From NCBI GenBank assembly GCA_963718565.1, contig OY970364.1, forward strand, positions 1,184,001-1,248,000: a DNA stretch of 64,000 nucleotides. Reading direction: 5' to 3'. Shown here piece by piece: positions 8,040 to 17,296 of the stretch (positions are counted from its first letter, which is position 1; each line of letters starts with the position of its first letter). The notes below the pieces were generated by a model, which did not search any database, had not been told where the DNA came from, and saw nothing but the letters and a program-made list of their open reading frames with translations. A program made the position numbers and the translations under genes. This stretch comes from an uncultured Verrucomicrobiae bacterium. GTDB taxonomy: Bacteria > Chlamydiota > Chlamydiia > Chlamydiales > Rhabdochlamydiaceae.

Positions 8040-8942
8040 CTATCTGAAAAGACTTGCCAGAACTAGACTTTTTAAGTCTTTGTCAACGCCTGGGACGATC
8101 TGGACTATTTTAGAATTAGCTCCGATCACAAATAAGGTAGGATAGCCGGATACTCCAAACAGCTTGCGCAAAGCTCCGGATTTGTCTTCGACCCATTCAA
8201 TGTCCGAAGGATATTCTAGCGCTCCTTTGGGCAATATCGGGGCAATGTTGATGAAGCGACAAGCACTTTCCCTAATTTGCGGGATGATCGCACTCAGGGT
8301 CAATAGCTGTTCCTTGCAATGAGAACAATCTGGAGAAACAAAATTCACGATCATCCGCGAGTTCGCATCCATATTGCTGACAGTGCGTCCATCGGAAGTT
8401 CGCACCTTGAAGGCAGGTGCAGCATCTCCGATGTGTAGACTAGTAGCGCTGACGACAGGATTATTCTTAACGCTATACGCCATCAACGTGAGGTTTAGGC
8501 AGCTGAACAACGCCACGACGGACACAGGAGCAAACAAGAGAAGGCAGAGGCGTTCTCTGGCCGAAGAGTTGCTGACCCCACCGCTTATGGGTGGGGTTGT
8601 AACCCAAATCGTCCACATTAAGATGTTGCAGCCATGGCCGATCAAGCAAATCGTGCAGATGCGAGGAAAATCGATGTAGGTTAATGTCAAAGCGAGCAAA
8701 ACAGCCCAAATCAAGCCACCACGAGCCATCCGAGGTCCTGGGAGGCTTGGGAAAAGCAGTGAAAGGGCGATTAGTCCCGCAAAATAAGCGGCGCCAAAGA
8801 GGAGGAAGTAGGGGTTGCTAGCAGAGCATGTTTGGCAACTTAAGGCGTTAAATGATTTCGATGGTTCCGGCAGCTTTAAAAATAACGCAATCAGGGCAAC
8901 AAATCCTAAAATAGGGACAAAATAACAACGTATATATTTCAT
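8040..8942 (-). CDS. Membrane thiol-disulfide oxidoreductase: VKOR-like TM domain fused to TlpA/thioredoxin domain
   Basis: TM helices with CQTC and CTICLIGH; C-terminal GDAAPAF, VNFVSPDCSHC, GYPT; ATGA overlap with upstream gene. Confidence 0.75.
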   Translation of the reverse strand: MKYIRCYFVPILGFVALIALFLKLPEPSKSFNALSCQTCSASNPYFLLFGAAYFAGLIALSLLFPSLPGPRMARGGLIWAVLLALTLTYIDFPRICTICLIGHGCNILMWTIWVTTPPISGGVSNSSARERLCLLLFAPVSVVALFSCLNLTLMAYSVKNNPVVSATSLHIGDAAPAFKVRTSDGRTVSNMDANSRMIVNFVSPDCSHCKEQLLTLSAIIPQIRESACRFINIAPILPKGALEYPSDIEWVEDKSGALRKLFGVSGYPTLFVIGANSKIVQIVPGVDKDLKSLVLASLFR

Positions 8943-9529
8943 GGTACGGTGGCCTGACACCATTTCATTGGGGATGTGCCTGGACCTAGCGCTTTTGCCA
9001 TAAAAATCCCACTGTCTTCACTCTCTTTGAGCGTGGCTCCCGACCAATATCCAGTCGCGCAGGTGGAAGTATCGCAATTGCCGCCAAGCGTCATCCACTC
9101 TCCCTCTGCACGTATCACATCGCAAAGGCAGATTGCTTTTTTGGGGTTTGATGGATCTACCGTACAGCGTTTGTTCAAACACCAAGTCCAAGGCGTCCCA
9201 CTAGGACACTTCATCCCTTTCTTTCCTTGGTTAGCTTGCTCCAAAGAAAATGCCGAATATAGAGTACGGATGCCATACTCATCGGTACTCGGTTGCAGAG
9301 TACTGCAAGGAACAGTGGACATACTCTTCCCTTGTTGAACATCGCAAACGCAGATGGCTTTCGTGGCATCGCCGGGCTCCGGAACGCAGATGGCAGAAGT
9401 ACACAGCGCGTATTGTTGATCGCAAATCTGCATATTATTATTGCTTCCCTGACTACATCCCATAACCACGATGAATGTGGCCGCAACTGGCATAATGCAA
9501 TAAAATAACAAGCGTTTTAATAAATCCAT
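8939..9529 (-). CDS. Cysteine-rich lipoprotein with internal duplication
   Basis: VVMGC lipobox; 14 further Cys; two C..C....C..P....KAIC.CDV repeats. Confidence 0.8.
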   Translation of the reverse strand: MDLLKRLLFYCIMPVAATFIVVMGCSQGSNNNMQICDQQYALCTSAICVPEPGDATKAICVCDVQQGKSMSTVPCSTLQPSTDEYGIRTLYSAFSLEQANQGKKGMKCPSGTPWTWCLNKRCTVDPSNPKKAICLCDVIRAEGEWMTLGGNCDTSTCATGYWSGATLKESEDSGIFMAKALGPGTSPMKWCQATVP

Positions 9530-9667
9530 AGTGCCATAAGAACTCGTCTCTCAACTCAAATTAGCGAAAAAGTTTTTTTCTGAATAGATGGAAAGATCTT
9601 TGTGTTGACTGTCGTATCGAAAATCTGTTAATTACCCATCTTGAGTTTTTTTATGTTTGGCACAAAT

Positions 9668-12193
9668 ATGAAGTCCGTGGCGATATTTTGTGTAATCATC
9701 ACTCTCTTCCTTACCGTTGTTTGTCCCAAAAAAGACAAAAAGATGGAAAGCTCTTTTCTAGAGTTTTCGGACTCTTCTTTAGCTTCTCTTGACACAAAAA
9801 TCCCATCTATTTTTCACAAAATTGCCGACGACACGTTGTACCTCTGCGCTGGCCTTGTCCTCGAACCTATTTCCTGTTTGGCCCGTTTAACGTGTGGGAT
9901 CAGCTTGATTTCTCCGTGGGCTTCTACAGTCGGGAACGAATTTCTCTTGTTTAGTCACCTGTGCTCCTCTTCGACACAGGATATCTTAAATCAGGTATTC
10001 CATGAGACTCCTTCATCCAACCAGCTCCCCTCATTCAAGGGGGTTCGTCCTTCTCATTCCTCCTGGTATCTTAACAAAGCACTTCTATCTCAAATCCCTG
10101 CTTTTTCAGACGAAGAAAAACAACTCCTCTTCTTCTTAGAAAAGCGCTGGCTTGCAAAAGTCACGGGTTTCTATCCTTTAATGGTGAATTGGGTTTGTCC
10201 TTGTTTTGGGATGTGTCTTCAAGTGCATCCCGAGACGACAAGTTCCTACTCGAGAAATCCAGCAAACAAATTCTCTCAGACCTACACGGATATTGTGAAT
10301 GACTGGAAACAGTCGCTGCCTCATCCTCAATACTATCCATTAATCTTGACTCGACCTTTTGATATTCAAAACTTCTTGCCCACTTGCCTCGAAGTTTTTA
10401 AAGAGGAAGATATTCAGACCACTGTGGAAAGAGTGGCATTACACATGCAATCGGCAGATGCAAAGCCAATTGTCGATTTGACGCGCGTTTTGCCAGAAAA
10501 TATTAAGAATCGGAAAGAATGGGTACGGATTTGGGAAGAATACCGCATCCATTTTTTGCAGCGATGCAAAGAGTACAATTTAGATCCTCATCGGATCATC
10601 TGCATACAAAGATTGCGTGGACAAGCCATTGGGGGCATACGCATTCTTCCTCTCTCCGGCCCATTTATAGACCAACTTGAATCTCATTTTCAGTATCTTT
10701 TAGAATGGGTCTCCACTTTCGGTCTTTCTGCTAACCGAATCGAGCTCGATCGATATTCCCTTGCTCCTGATCGTCCTATGATTGCCAAACCCTGCGTTTT
10801 ACCGGCTTCCATCGAATCCAAAAAGGAATTCCTTTCTACTCTGACTCAGTTTAGCCACAATTGGAAATCAAACCTTCCTCATGAAACTCTTTTAGTTAAA
10901 GGCATGTTACAAGTGCTTGAAGGGCTGTTAACATCTCTTACAGAAGAGAAATGGAATCAAATCATGCTCTCTCCTACGCGATCAATGCTTGTGCAGCTCA
11001 GCTTTTTGAAAATAAAAAAGCAATGGGAAATCTTGCTCCAAAACAAAAAGGGCCCTTACTTTTTCGACATCGTGGAACAAATTCATGCTGACCTATCCGC
11101 GCTTCTTGAAGTCCTTGCTCCTTTCTCAGCCGAAGATTTTCCTTCCATCTATAGAGAGATCTTGACAATCCCTGCAAATCTCCAACCTTTGACCTCTTGT
11201 GGAATTCACGCAGCCGGAATGACAAGCTTAACGGGAATTTTCAAAGCTGTAGAAAAGAGCATAGGCTCGTTTCCTCGAGTGCTTTATGGGGAGAATACTT
11301 ATTTCGAATGCATTAACGCCGCAGAACGGATTTCCAAGGCCACTCCTGTCGATCTATCAAGTGAAGAGGACTTGCGAGAGGCCGATCTGATTTTAAGCCA
11401 ATTCAATCCCGTTTTGAGAAGAATTGATTTTGAAATTGCGGAATACAAAGTGGAGAAAGTCTCTGAAACCTTGCGCAGAGTATTGAATACACGCAGAGAA
11501 AAACCATTCACTCTTGCTTTAGATTGCACGTTAGACTTTATCAATTCGTCTCGAGTCAGCGGGCTGCTTCAAGAGTTCCAACAAGAAATCGAAAAAGGTA
11601 TCCTCAATATCATCTGTTATCGAAGTGGTCTTAAGTTCGATATCTTTGGGATGGATAACTTCTGCGGCGCCCCGTTTTTTATGATCCATAATCAAGATCA
11701 GCAGTGGAGTTGTTTTGATCCGATCTTGAACGACCCGGCTCTTCAGACCGATCCCTTAAGCCTCAATTGGTTTTGTGTCGCTTATAAATACGCCGCTGAC
11801 CAATTAGAACTTTATCGGAAACAGATCTTTGATAATACGCGCGCCCTATTCCACAAAACCCCTAAGCGCATTCTCGATGTAAAAAGAGGAAATTATCGTG
11901 TTGTTCCTACTGAAGAAGATGCACACTTGTCTTTCATCGATATCAAGATCTTCGGTCCCTTCCACGCCATCCGCGGCGGAGTGTTAGCAGGGGGTTGCCT
12001 TTACCTCAAATGCATGGAAGGAGGCCACCCCATCTTTTATCGGCCAAGCTTAGGACTTTATCACCCTAACTTTTCGATGATCTTTTGCGAAAACTTCACC
12101 ACAATTCGCTTGACTGTAGGGTTGGACCCGGCCCAGATCGATCACTTGGCCAAAAGCATCGAAATCATCGATTCCCTCAACGGCAATCGTTGA
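9668..12193 (+). CDS. Large protein with C-terminal divergent Cys/Met-metabolism PLP-dependent domain
   Basis: AGMTSL, LALDCT, RSGLKF, RPSLG and IRLTVGLD occur in the same order as SGMAAI/VVDNT/HSxTKY/SLG/IRLSVGLE; hydrophobic N-terminus; start uncertain (9641-9668). Confidence 0.65.
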   Translation: MKSVAIFCVIITLFLTVVCPKKDKKMESSFLEFSDSSLASLDTKIPSIFHKIADDTLYLCAGLVLEPISCLARLTCGISLISPWASTVGNEFLLFSHLCSSSTQDILNQVFHETPSSNQLPSFKGVRPSHSSWYLNKALLSQIPAFSDEEKQLLFFLEKRWLAKVTGFYPLMVNWVCPCFGMCLQVHPETTSSYSRNPANKFSQTYTDIVNDWKQSLPHPQYYPLILTRPFDIQNFLPTCLEVFKEEDIQTTVERVALHMQSADAKPIVDLTRVLPENIKNRKEWVRIWEEYRIHFLQRCKEYNLDPHRIICIQRLRGQAIGGIRILPLSGPFIDQLESHFQYLLEWVSTFGLSANRIELDRYSLAPDRPMIAKPCVLPASIESKKEFLSTLTQFSHNWKSNLPHETLLVKGMLQVLEGLLTSLTEEKWNQIMLSPTRSMLVQLSFLKIKKQWEILLQNKKGPYFFDIVEQIHADLSALLEVLAPFSAEDFPSIYREILTIPANLQPLTSCGIHAAGMTSLTGIFKAVEKSIGSFPRVLYGENTYFECINAAERISKATPVDLSSEEDLREADLILSQFNPVLRRIDFEIAEYKVEKVSETLRRVLNTRREKPFTLALDCTLDFINSSRVSGLLQEFQQEIEKGILNIICYRSGLKFDIFGMDNFCGAPFFMIHNQDQQWSCFDPILNDPALQTDPLSLNWFCVAYKYAADQLELYRKQIFDNTRALFHKTPKRILDVKRGNYRVVPTEEDAHLSFIDIKIFGPFHAIRGGVLAGGCLYLKCMEGGHPIFYRPSLGLYHPNFSMIFCENFTTIRLTVGLDPAQIDHLAKSIEIIDSLNGNR

Positions 12194-12243
12194 TGGTTAC
12201 GAAGATTTAACGCAAATCCATATAGGTCTCTTTCTTTAGGTCT

Positions 12244-13158
12244 TTACGCCGCTTTTTTTGTCGAGCGATAAATCTGAGCGATTTCTTTCGAAAACTCATC
12301 TAGAGTTGTCTTTCCTCTATGATCAGGGGTCAGCTGCTGCGAGGGAGCAATCTTCCCTTCATTGAAGGCTCTCCACATTTCCACCAGCAAGTGGGCAACT
12401 TGATGTTTCATCCCTGACTCGATCATCCTTTTCTCATGGGTTTCATAAGAAAGCTGTATATATTTCAAATCGGGCTTATCCATCGCCTTTCCAATAATTT
12501 TTGTCGCATCATCCATTGTTATTTCACGGGGTCCGATAAACTCAAAAACAGTGGACCCAGTAAATTTTAATGTATCGAGCAGCTCAGCTGCCTTGAGAGC
12601 GATGTCACGTGTGGCAACCATAGGGATAGCGAGTTCTCCTTTAAGGCTCATGGAGATATTCCCGGAGCTTTTAATACCCGGGAGCGTCCAAAGCAAGTTC
12701 TCCATAAAGAAAGCGGGACGAAAATGAAGAACGTTCACATTCGGAATTAAATTTAGCCTTTCTTCTTGCCGATGCAATTCTTTAATGGGACCTGTCCCAG
12801 AGGAAAGATGCGCGCCAATTGCGCTGAGATTTAAAACATGAGAAATTTTTGCTTTCGCAATGGCTTGAATAGTTGCTTCCGCCAGTTTATCTCGAAAAAC
12901 CTCCATATCGCCTGCGGTATACCCAGGAGGGATAAAGCTGAAAATCGCATGACATCCCTGAAACGCCTTGGTCAAAGAATTCACGTCCTCTGTGACATCT
13001 CCAGCAATAATTTCTGCACCCTTTGCTTTAAGCTCTTGAAGTTTATGCTCATCTTGTCCAAGTGCACGAACTTTGTGACCTTTTTTCAATAATTCTTCCG
13101 TTAAGTAGCGACCGATCTGGCCGGTAGCCCCCATAATTGCAAAAGTAGATTTTGCCAT
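12244..13158 (-). CDS. NmrA-family NAD(P)-binding protein
   Basis: GATGQIG Rossmann motif, RPAFFMEN, PMVATRDIA. Confidence 0.9.
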   Translation of the reverse strand: MAKSTFAIMGATGQIGRYLTEELLKKGHKVRALGQDEHKLQELKAKGAEIIAGDVTEDVNSLTKAFQGCHAIFSFIPPGYTAGDMEVFRDKLAEATIQAIAKAKISHVLNLSAIGAHLSSGTGPIKELHRQEERLNLIPNVNVLHFRPAFFMENLLWTLPGIKSSGNISMSLKGELAIPMVATRDIALKAAELLDTLKFTGSTVFEFIGPREITMDDATKIIGKAMDKPDLKYIQLSYETHEKRMIESGMKHQVAHLLVEMWRAFNEGKIAPSQQLTPDHRGKTTLDEFSKEIAQIYRSTKKAA

Positions 13159-13180
13159 TTTTTAATCCTCCATGAATATT

Positions 13181-13362
13181 GAGGGAATTGCCAAACTCTT
13201 CGCCGCATAAAATCGCGCTTTTGGCACCTGTCGCCTTGGCGGCGGATCTCCTACTTATCCAAGTATGCTTTCGCCGCCGCCAACCGAACCCGCTGTGCGA
13301 GTTCTGGCAACAGATGCCAAAATCATCGATTTTCTGCTGGCGAGGAGTTTTGCAATTCCCTC
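13181..13362. repeat. Full-length 182-bp family A palindromic element
   Basis: TIR GAGGGAATTGC..GCAATTCCCTC; near reverse complement of 53445-53626. Confidence 0.92.
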
Positions 13363-13430
13363 TATTCTTTATATTTTTTATTTATAAAAATTTGCATTGG
13401 TTTGTCAATATTGTTTAGATATAGTGGTCG

Positions 13431-14663
13431 TTATTTCGACTCATATTTCCTGAAAAGTCTTTTTTTGTATCCGACTAGAAGAATAAGACAAGCGATAAAC
13501 ATCGACGCCCCTCCAATGAGATAAGGGCTGTCATAACTCAAATCCAATAAGGCTCCTCCCATAAAAGGAGTGGCAGCAAAAGCAAACGATTGCAATGCAA
13601 GGAATACGCCCAGAGTTTCTCCTTGTTGACTTTTTGTCGTAAGATTGGAAACAATTGCTGTCCCTACAGGGAAAATCAACGCGATCAAGAATTGTTGAAT
13701 AGAGATATTAAACCAGTAGGATGCAATGCTCGCATGGAAAAGGAGAAATAAGAATAATCCAAGCGCTGCGAGAGCAACAAATAAGATGGGCAAACCTTTG
13801 AATTGATTTACAATTGGCCGAATGAGCACTCCGCTACTGAGAACATAAACAGCAGATCCTAAAGCATAGAAGTTGCCGATTTGAGAAACGTTAAGCCCAT
13901 AATTCTTAATCCAAGTCACGGGGATAAATTCCCAATAGAAAGACCAGCCAAAGCAGAAGATAAAAAAGGCAGAAAAAATCACGCGGAATTTTTGCGCAAA
14001 AATCTTTTTCCAGAGATCACATAAGGGCGATGCAAGACGAGTAGATCCATATTTCCTTTCGGCAAGAGTCTCTGAAAAAAATAGGCAGATCAAAAGAAAG
14101 TTTAATAGAGCGGCAAAGATAGCAAAGATAAAAGGAACATCGAAACCATAGGCAGACAACCTCCCCCCTAGAAAAGGCCCCACAGCAAAACCCATTCCAT
14201 TTGCCATAGAGATCAATGCAAAGTTTTTTGCCTTTGCCGAAGATGAGCTCATATCGGCTACAGAAGAATTAATCACTGCAATATTGCCTGCTCCAGTACC
14301 CGTTACAATTCTTCCTAAGACCAGAAAAAAAAATGACTTCTGCAAAACTCCAAAAGCACTTAAAAGAGCGCCCAGAGCAATCGCAAATGTTGTGACTTGC
14401 AAGATGGGCTTGCGCCCTTTTCGATCGGAAAGCTCCCCAATACCAGGAGAACTAAAAAACTGTGCAATTGGGCAAGCAGAAAGCAAAACTCCTAGCCAAA
14501 ACCCGCGTAGAATATTGGAAGCAGGGCCTAAAAAAATCGAGTCGGAATGAAAAATCGAAGCTGCAAAAATGGGATAAACAAGACCATAGCTCATCCAATT
14601 TAGGAAGGCTCCAAAACAGAGAATAAAAAAGGACGTCTTTAAAAATTTCGGAGATTTGATCAT
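13431..14663 (-). CDS. MFS transporter (TetA/DHA1-like)
   Basis: GELSDRKGRKPIL motif A, GFAVGPFLGG, ~12 hydrophobic segments. Confidence 0.9.
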   Translation of the reverse strand: MIKSPKFLKTSFFILCFGAFLNWMSYGLVYPIFAASIFHSDSIFLGPASNILRGFWLGVLLSACPIAQFFSSPGIGELSDRKGRKPILQVTTFAIALGALLSAFGVLQKSFFFLVLGRIVTGTGAGNIAVINSSVADMSSSSAKAKNFALISMANGMGFAVGPFLGGRLSAYGFDVPFIFAIFAALLNFLLICLFFSETLAERKYGSTRLASPLCDLWKKIFAQKFRVIFSAFFIFCFGWSFYWEFIPVTWIKNYGLNVSQIGNFYALGSAVYVLSSGVLIRPIVNQFKGLPILFVALAALGLFLFLLFHASIASYWFNISIQQFLIALIFPVGTAIVSNLTTKSQQGETLGVFLALQSFAFAATPFMGGALLDLSYDSPYLIGGASMFIACLILLVGYKKRLFRKYESK

Positions 14664-14774
14664 ATAGCCTTGCGACTTCCTCAATAAATAATCGATGAGT
14701 AAATTTTCTGACGAAAAAAAACAAATCAGATAAGTTTAGAAATGGTCGATTCAATTTTTTAAAAGAAGGAAAAT

Positions 14775-15284
14775 ATGAGAATTTTTATGTGTTTCAGTCT
14801 GCAAATCATAGGAGCTTTTTCTCTTTTTGCCGCCAACCCTAACAAGTCCCCCGAACCCTCCGATGCCAAAGCTTTAGGTAAAGAATTAATGAGCAATTTG
14901 CCTGGAATATTTTCTCTCGACAATGAAAATCAGGAAAAAATTGATAACTATGAAGTACCTGCGATTCGCAATGGAAATTGGATACTGACGACGCATCCGG
15001 TATCCCTTGTAGAGAGTTTTACCAAGGACACCCAGGCCATCGCGACGATCTTTGTTAAGGTAAACGAGGAATTTGTGCGTCTCTCAACAACAGAAGTCAA
15101 TGAAAAAGCTGGGACAAGTTTATCCCACTCTCATCCTGTCTATAAGCGGCTTTTAGGAGAGCTCCGCTACACAGGCATTGTTACCCTTTCCGGAAACAAA
15201 TATATGACCGATTATGATGTATTCCGTGACAGGCAAGGAAGAGTCGTAGGCGCTTACCTTGTCGGAATTCCAATTGAGCAATAA
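14775..15284 (+). CDS. Stand-alone exported Cache-domain protein
   Basis: Signal peptide; ATIFVK..FVRLSTT, AGTSL, YTG....G..YMTDY....D..G.VVG....G pattern. Confidence 0.75.
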   Translation: MRIFMCFSLQIIGAFSLFAANPNKSPEPSDAKALGKELMSNLPGIFSLDNENQEKIDNYEVPAIRNGNWILTTHPVSLVESFTKDTQAIATIFVKVNEEFVRLSTTEVNEKAGTSLSHSHPVYKRLLGELRYTGIVTLSGNKYMTDYDVFRDRQGRVVGAYLVGIPIEQ

Positions 15285-15324
15285 CAGCTTAAGAAACGTT
15301 CTCTAGGGAAGTCCTCTGCAGCGT

Positions 15325-15402
15325 TTGTGCGATGCAGGCAGGCTCAAATACAGCGGCTGCCCGACGTAAACAAAAATTAAATCTTGAGTTCATTTCGGTA
15401 TA
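15325..15402. repeat. Partial family C element (TIR TATACCGAAATGAACTCAAG)
   Basis: Reverse-complement similarity to 38275-38352; supplies the last codons and stop of the DUF378 gene. Confidence 0.8.
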
Positions 15403-15581
15403 AACAAACGTAAAATCACCCAAATCGCTGCTAACCCAATAAGAACGTAAATCATGTGCTGAAGCATGCGCATCGCAATAAAGACCCACATGATCATATT
15501 AAAATCTGCAATGCCGATAGTGCCCCAGTTCAAGCCACCGATCACGAGTAAAATAATTGCAATCCTATCTAAGATTTTCAT
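15390..15581 (-). CDS. DUF378-domain small membrane protein
   Basis: IAIILLVIGGLNWG..G, IYVLIGLAAI; GGAG RBS. Confidence 0.85.
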   Translation of the reverse strand: MKILDRIAIILLVIGGLNWGTIGIADFNMIMWVFIAMRMLQHMIYVLIGLAAIWVILRLFIPK

Positions 15582-15879
15582 AATTCTCCACATCGCCACA
15601 ATCAATCACATATATAAAATTAAAACTCAGAGACGTCCATACTAATCGTTACCCACAGTCCATTCCCAGTATAGTCAGCAGTAGGCCCAAGCCCATGTGC
15701 CCATGAATGAGAGTTGAACAAAAGCTCTGACCCATCCTGAATAAACAGGACGAGTTCTTCGGACCAGCGAGCTTTTTCTAATACCGCTTCAGAGAACGTC
15801 TCTAAAATTTTGTAGACGTTTAAAAGTTTGACAGGTAAAGATCGTAAATATTTCAAAAAACCAACTCAAAAAGAGGTCT

Positions 15880-16941
15880 ATGGCAACATCAAACCTTACA
15901 TCAAAAGTACAATTTTGGACCTATCGGCTATCGACGATCCTCAAATCGTTCAAGACCCTATACACTCTGCCGCCTTCAAAAGTCGATGCTTTCATGAATT
16001 CCTATGTCATTTACGACCATGATTGGGTCAATGAGAAAGAGCTTGTTGAGAAATTTGGGCCTAATTATGTGGAAGAAGTTCAAAAAAAATTGGTCGATTA
16101 TTACTCGGTTCTCAATCACCTCTGCTCTATCGGCCAAGTGGAAAAAATGTACATTCCTCCAGCTATCGATCTCACATCCAGTATTATCGCTAATCAAAAA
16201 TTATTCGAGAAACTCATGTGTAAAGATTTAAGGCTGGCTCCCAGCCATAAAGTTCTCGACATCGGGTGCGGCAGAGGGCGCGTTGCTTGCCACATGGCTC
16301 AAATGTCAGGCGCGTATGTCGTTGGAATGAACATTGACCCCGATCAATTGGAGAGCGGTAAAAAATTTGCTTCAGGACATGGACTATCGCATCGTTGTTC
16401 ATTCCTTAAAGGGGATTTGAACGAGATTCCCTATTCTTTCCCCGATGCTTCTTTCGATCATATTTATGAAATCCAGTGCATCTTCAGCCTTTCAAAGGAT
16501 CTAGGTAAAACATTCAAAGAAGTCCACCGCCTCTTAAAGCCAGGAGGAAAATTTGCATGTCTCGAATGGGCAAGCCTGGACAAATTTGACCCAAAGAATT
16601 CTCATCATACGGAACTCATGAGAAGAATTAAACCTCTGATTGGAGCAATCGGCACCCATTCTGTCGATAATTGCATCCATCTTCTGAAACAGGCTGGATT
16701 TGAAATCATCAAGAATGAAAATGCAAGCGTAGGAGGCTATCAAGCTCCTCTGATCGAGAACGCCGATAAATTCTACACTCGTGTAAACCGATTGATCAAC
16801 CTCTTTGTCGCTTGCAAAATCCTGCCAGCCCATTTTAAAGTGCTTTTCGACCGCTTGACCAAAGATGGCGAAGCCTTTATTGAAGCAGACCGTCTCGGTC
16901 TTGTCACTACTAGCCATTACATCATCGCGCAAAAGAAATAG
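15880..16941 (+). CDS. Class I SAM-dependent methyltransferase, sterol-C24-methyltransferase-like
   Basis: VLDIGCGRG, FPDASFD, EVHRLLKPGGKF..EW; C-terminal ADRLGLVTTSHYIIAQK resembles the SMT C-terminus. Confidence 0.8.
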   Translation: MATSNLTSKVQFWTYRLSTILKSFKTLYTLPPSKVDAFMNSYVIYDHDWVNEKELVEKFGPNYVEEVQKKLVDYYSVLNHLCSIGQVEKMYIPPAIDLTSSIIANQKLFEKLMCKDLRLAPSHKVLDIGCGRGRVACHMAQMSGAYVVGMNIDPDQLESGKKFASGHGLSHRCSFLKGDLNEIPYSFPDASFDHIYEIQCIFSLSKDLGKTFKEVHRLLKPGGKFACLEWASLDKFDPKNSHHTELMRRIKPLIGAIGTHSVDNCIHLLKQAGFEIIKNENASVGGYQAPLIENADKFYTRVNRLINLFVACKILPAHFKVLFDRLTKDGEAFIEADRLGLVTTSHYIIAQKK

Positions 16942-16945
16942 GGAA

Positions 16946-16983
16946 TAGACCTCTTTCGAAACTTTAGTTTCGAAAGAGGTCTA
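16946..16983. repeat. Perfect 18-bp-arm TA-flanked palindrome
   Basis: TAGACCTCTTTCGAAACT-TT-AGTTTCGAAAGAGGTCTA. Confidence 0.8.
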
Positions 16984-17045
16984 CACTCATTATCACTCAA
17001 AAAACTCTCAAGGTAGCAGGAAGTGGCAGAGAAAAGCAAGAGAGG

Positions 17046-17213
17046 CAGGGCACAGGAAATTAAGAAGATTTTTTTAAATTCACTAAAAGTTTTTAAAGTG
17101 CTTCTTTTTCACATGTCGGGGACACGCAGTGCTTTGTCCCCGACATGTGAAAAAGAGACACTTTAAAAACCTTTACTAAGTTTAAAAAATTCTTCTTAAT
17201 TTCCTATACCCTG
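17046..17213. mobile_element. 168-bp hairpin MITE with CAGGG/CCCTG ends and 10-bp target duplication
   Basis: Long imperfect arms; GCAAGAGAGG at 17036-17045 and 17214-17223. Confidence 0.85.
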
Positions 17214-17296
17214 GCAAGAGAGGATTTCGCACTTGCAGCTATTGGTAAAAAGGATTTAAAATGGAAGGTCCTTTGAAAATTATCGCTTTGAACAAC

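Noticed and set aside
13179..13418. 79-aa ORF, and similar ORFs at 38284-38521, 50977-51364, 53306-53736 and 60182-60388
   Set aside because: They are largely translations of palindromic repeat DNA; their mutual similarity reflects the repeat, not a protein family
15620..15856. 78-aa - strand ORF between DUF378 and the methyltransferase
   Set aside because: No clear RBS or motif; could be a gene fragment but is unsupported
15869..15880. AAAGAGGTCTA at the methyltransferase start matches the end of the 16946-16983 palindrome
   Set aside because: Only 11 bp and doubles as the RBS; too short to claim the gene is bracketed by element ends
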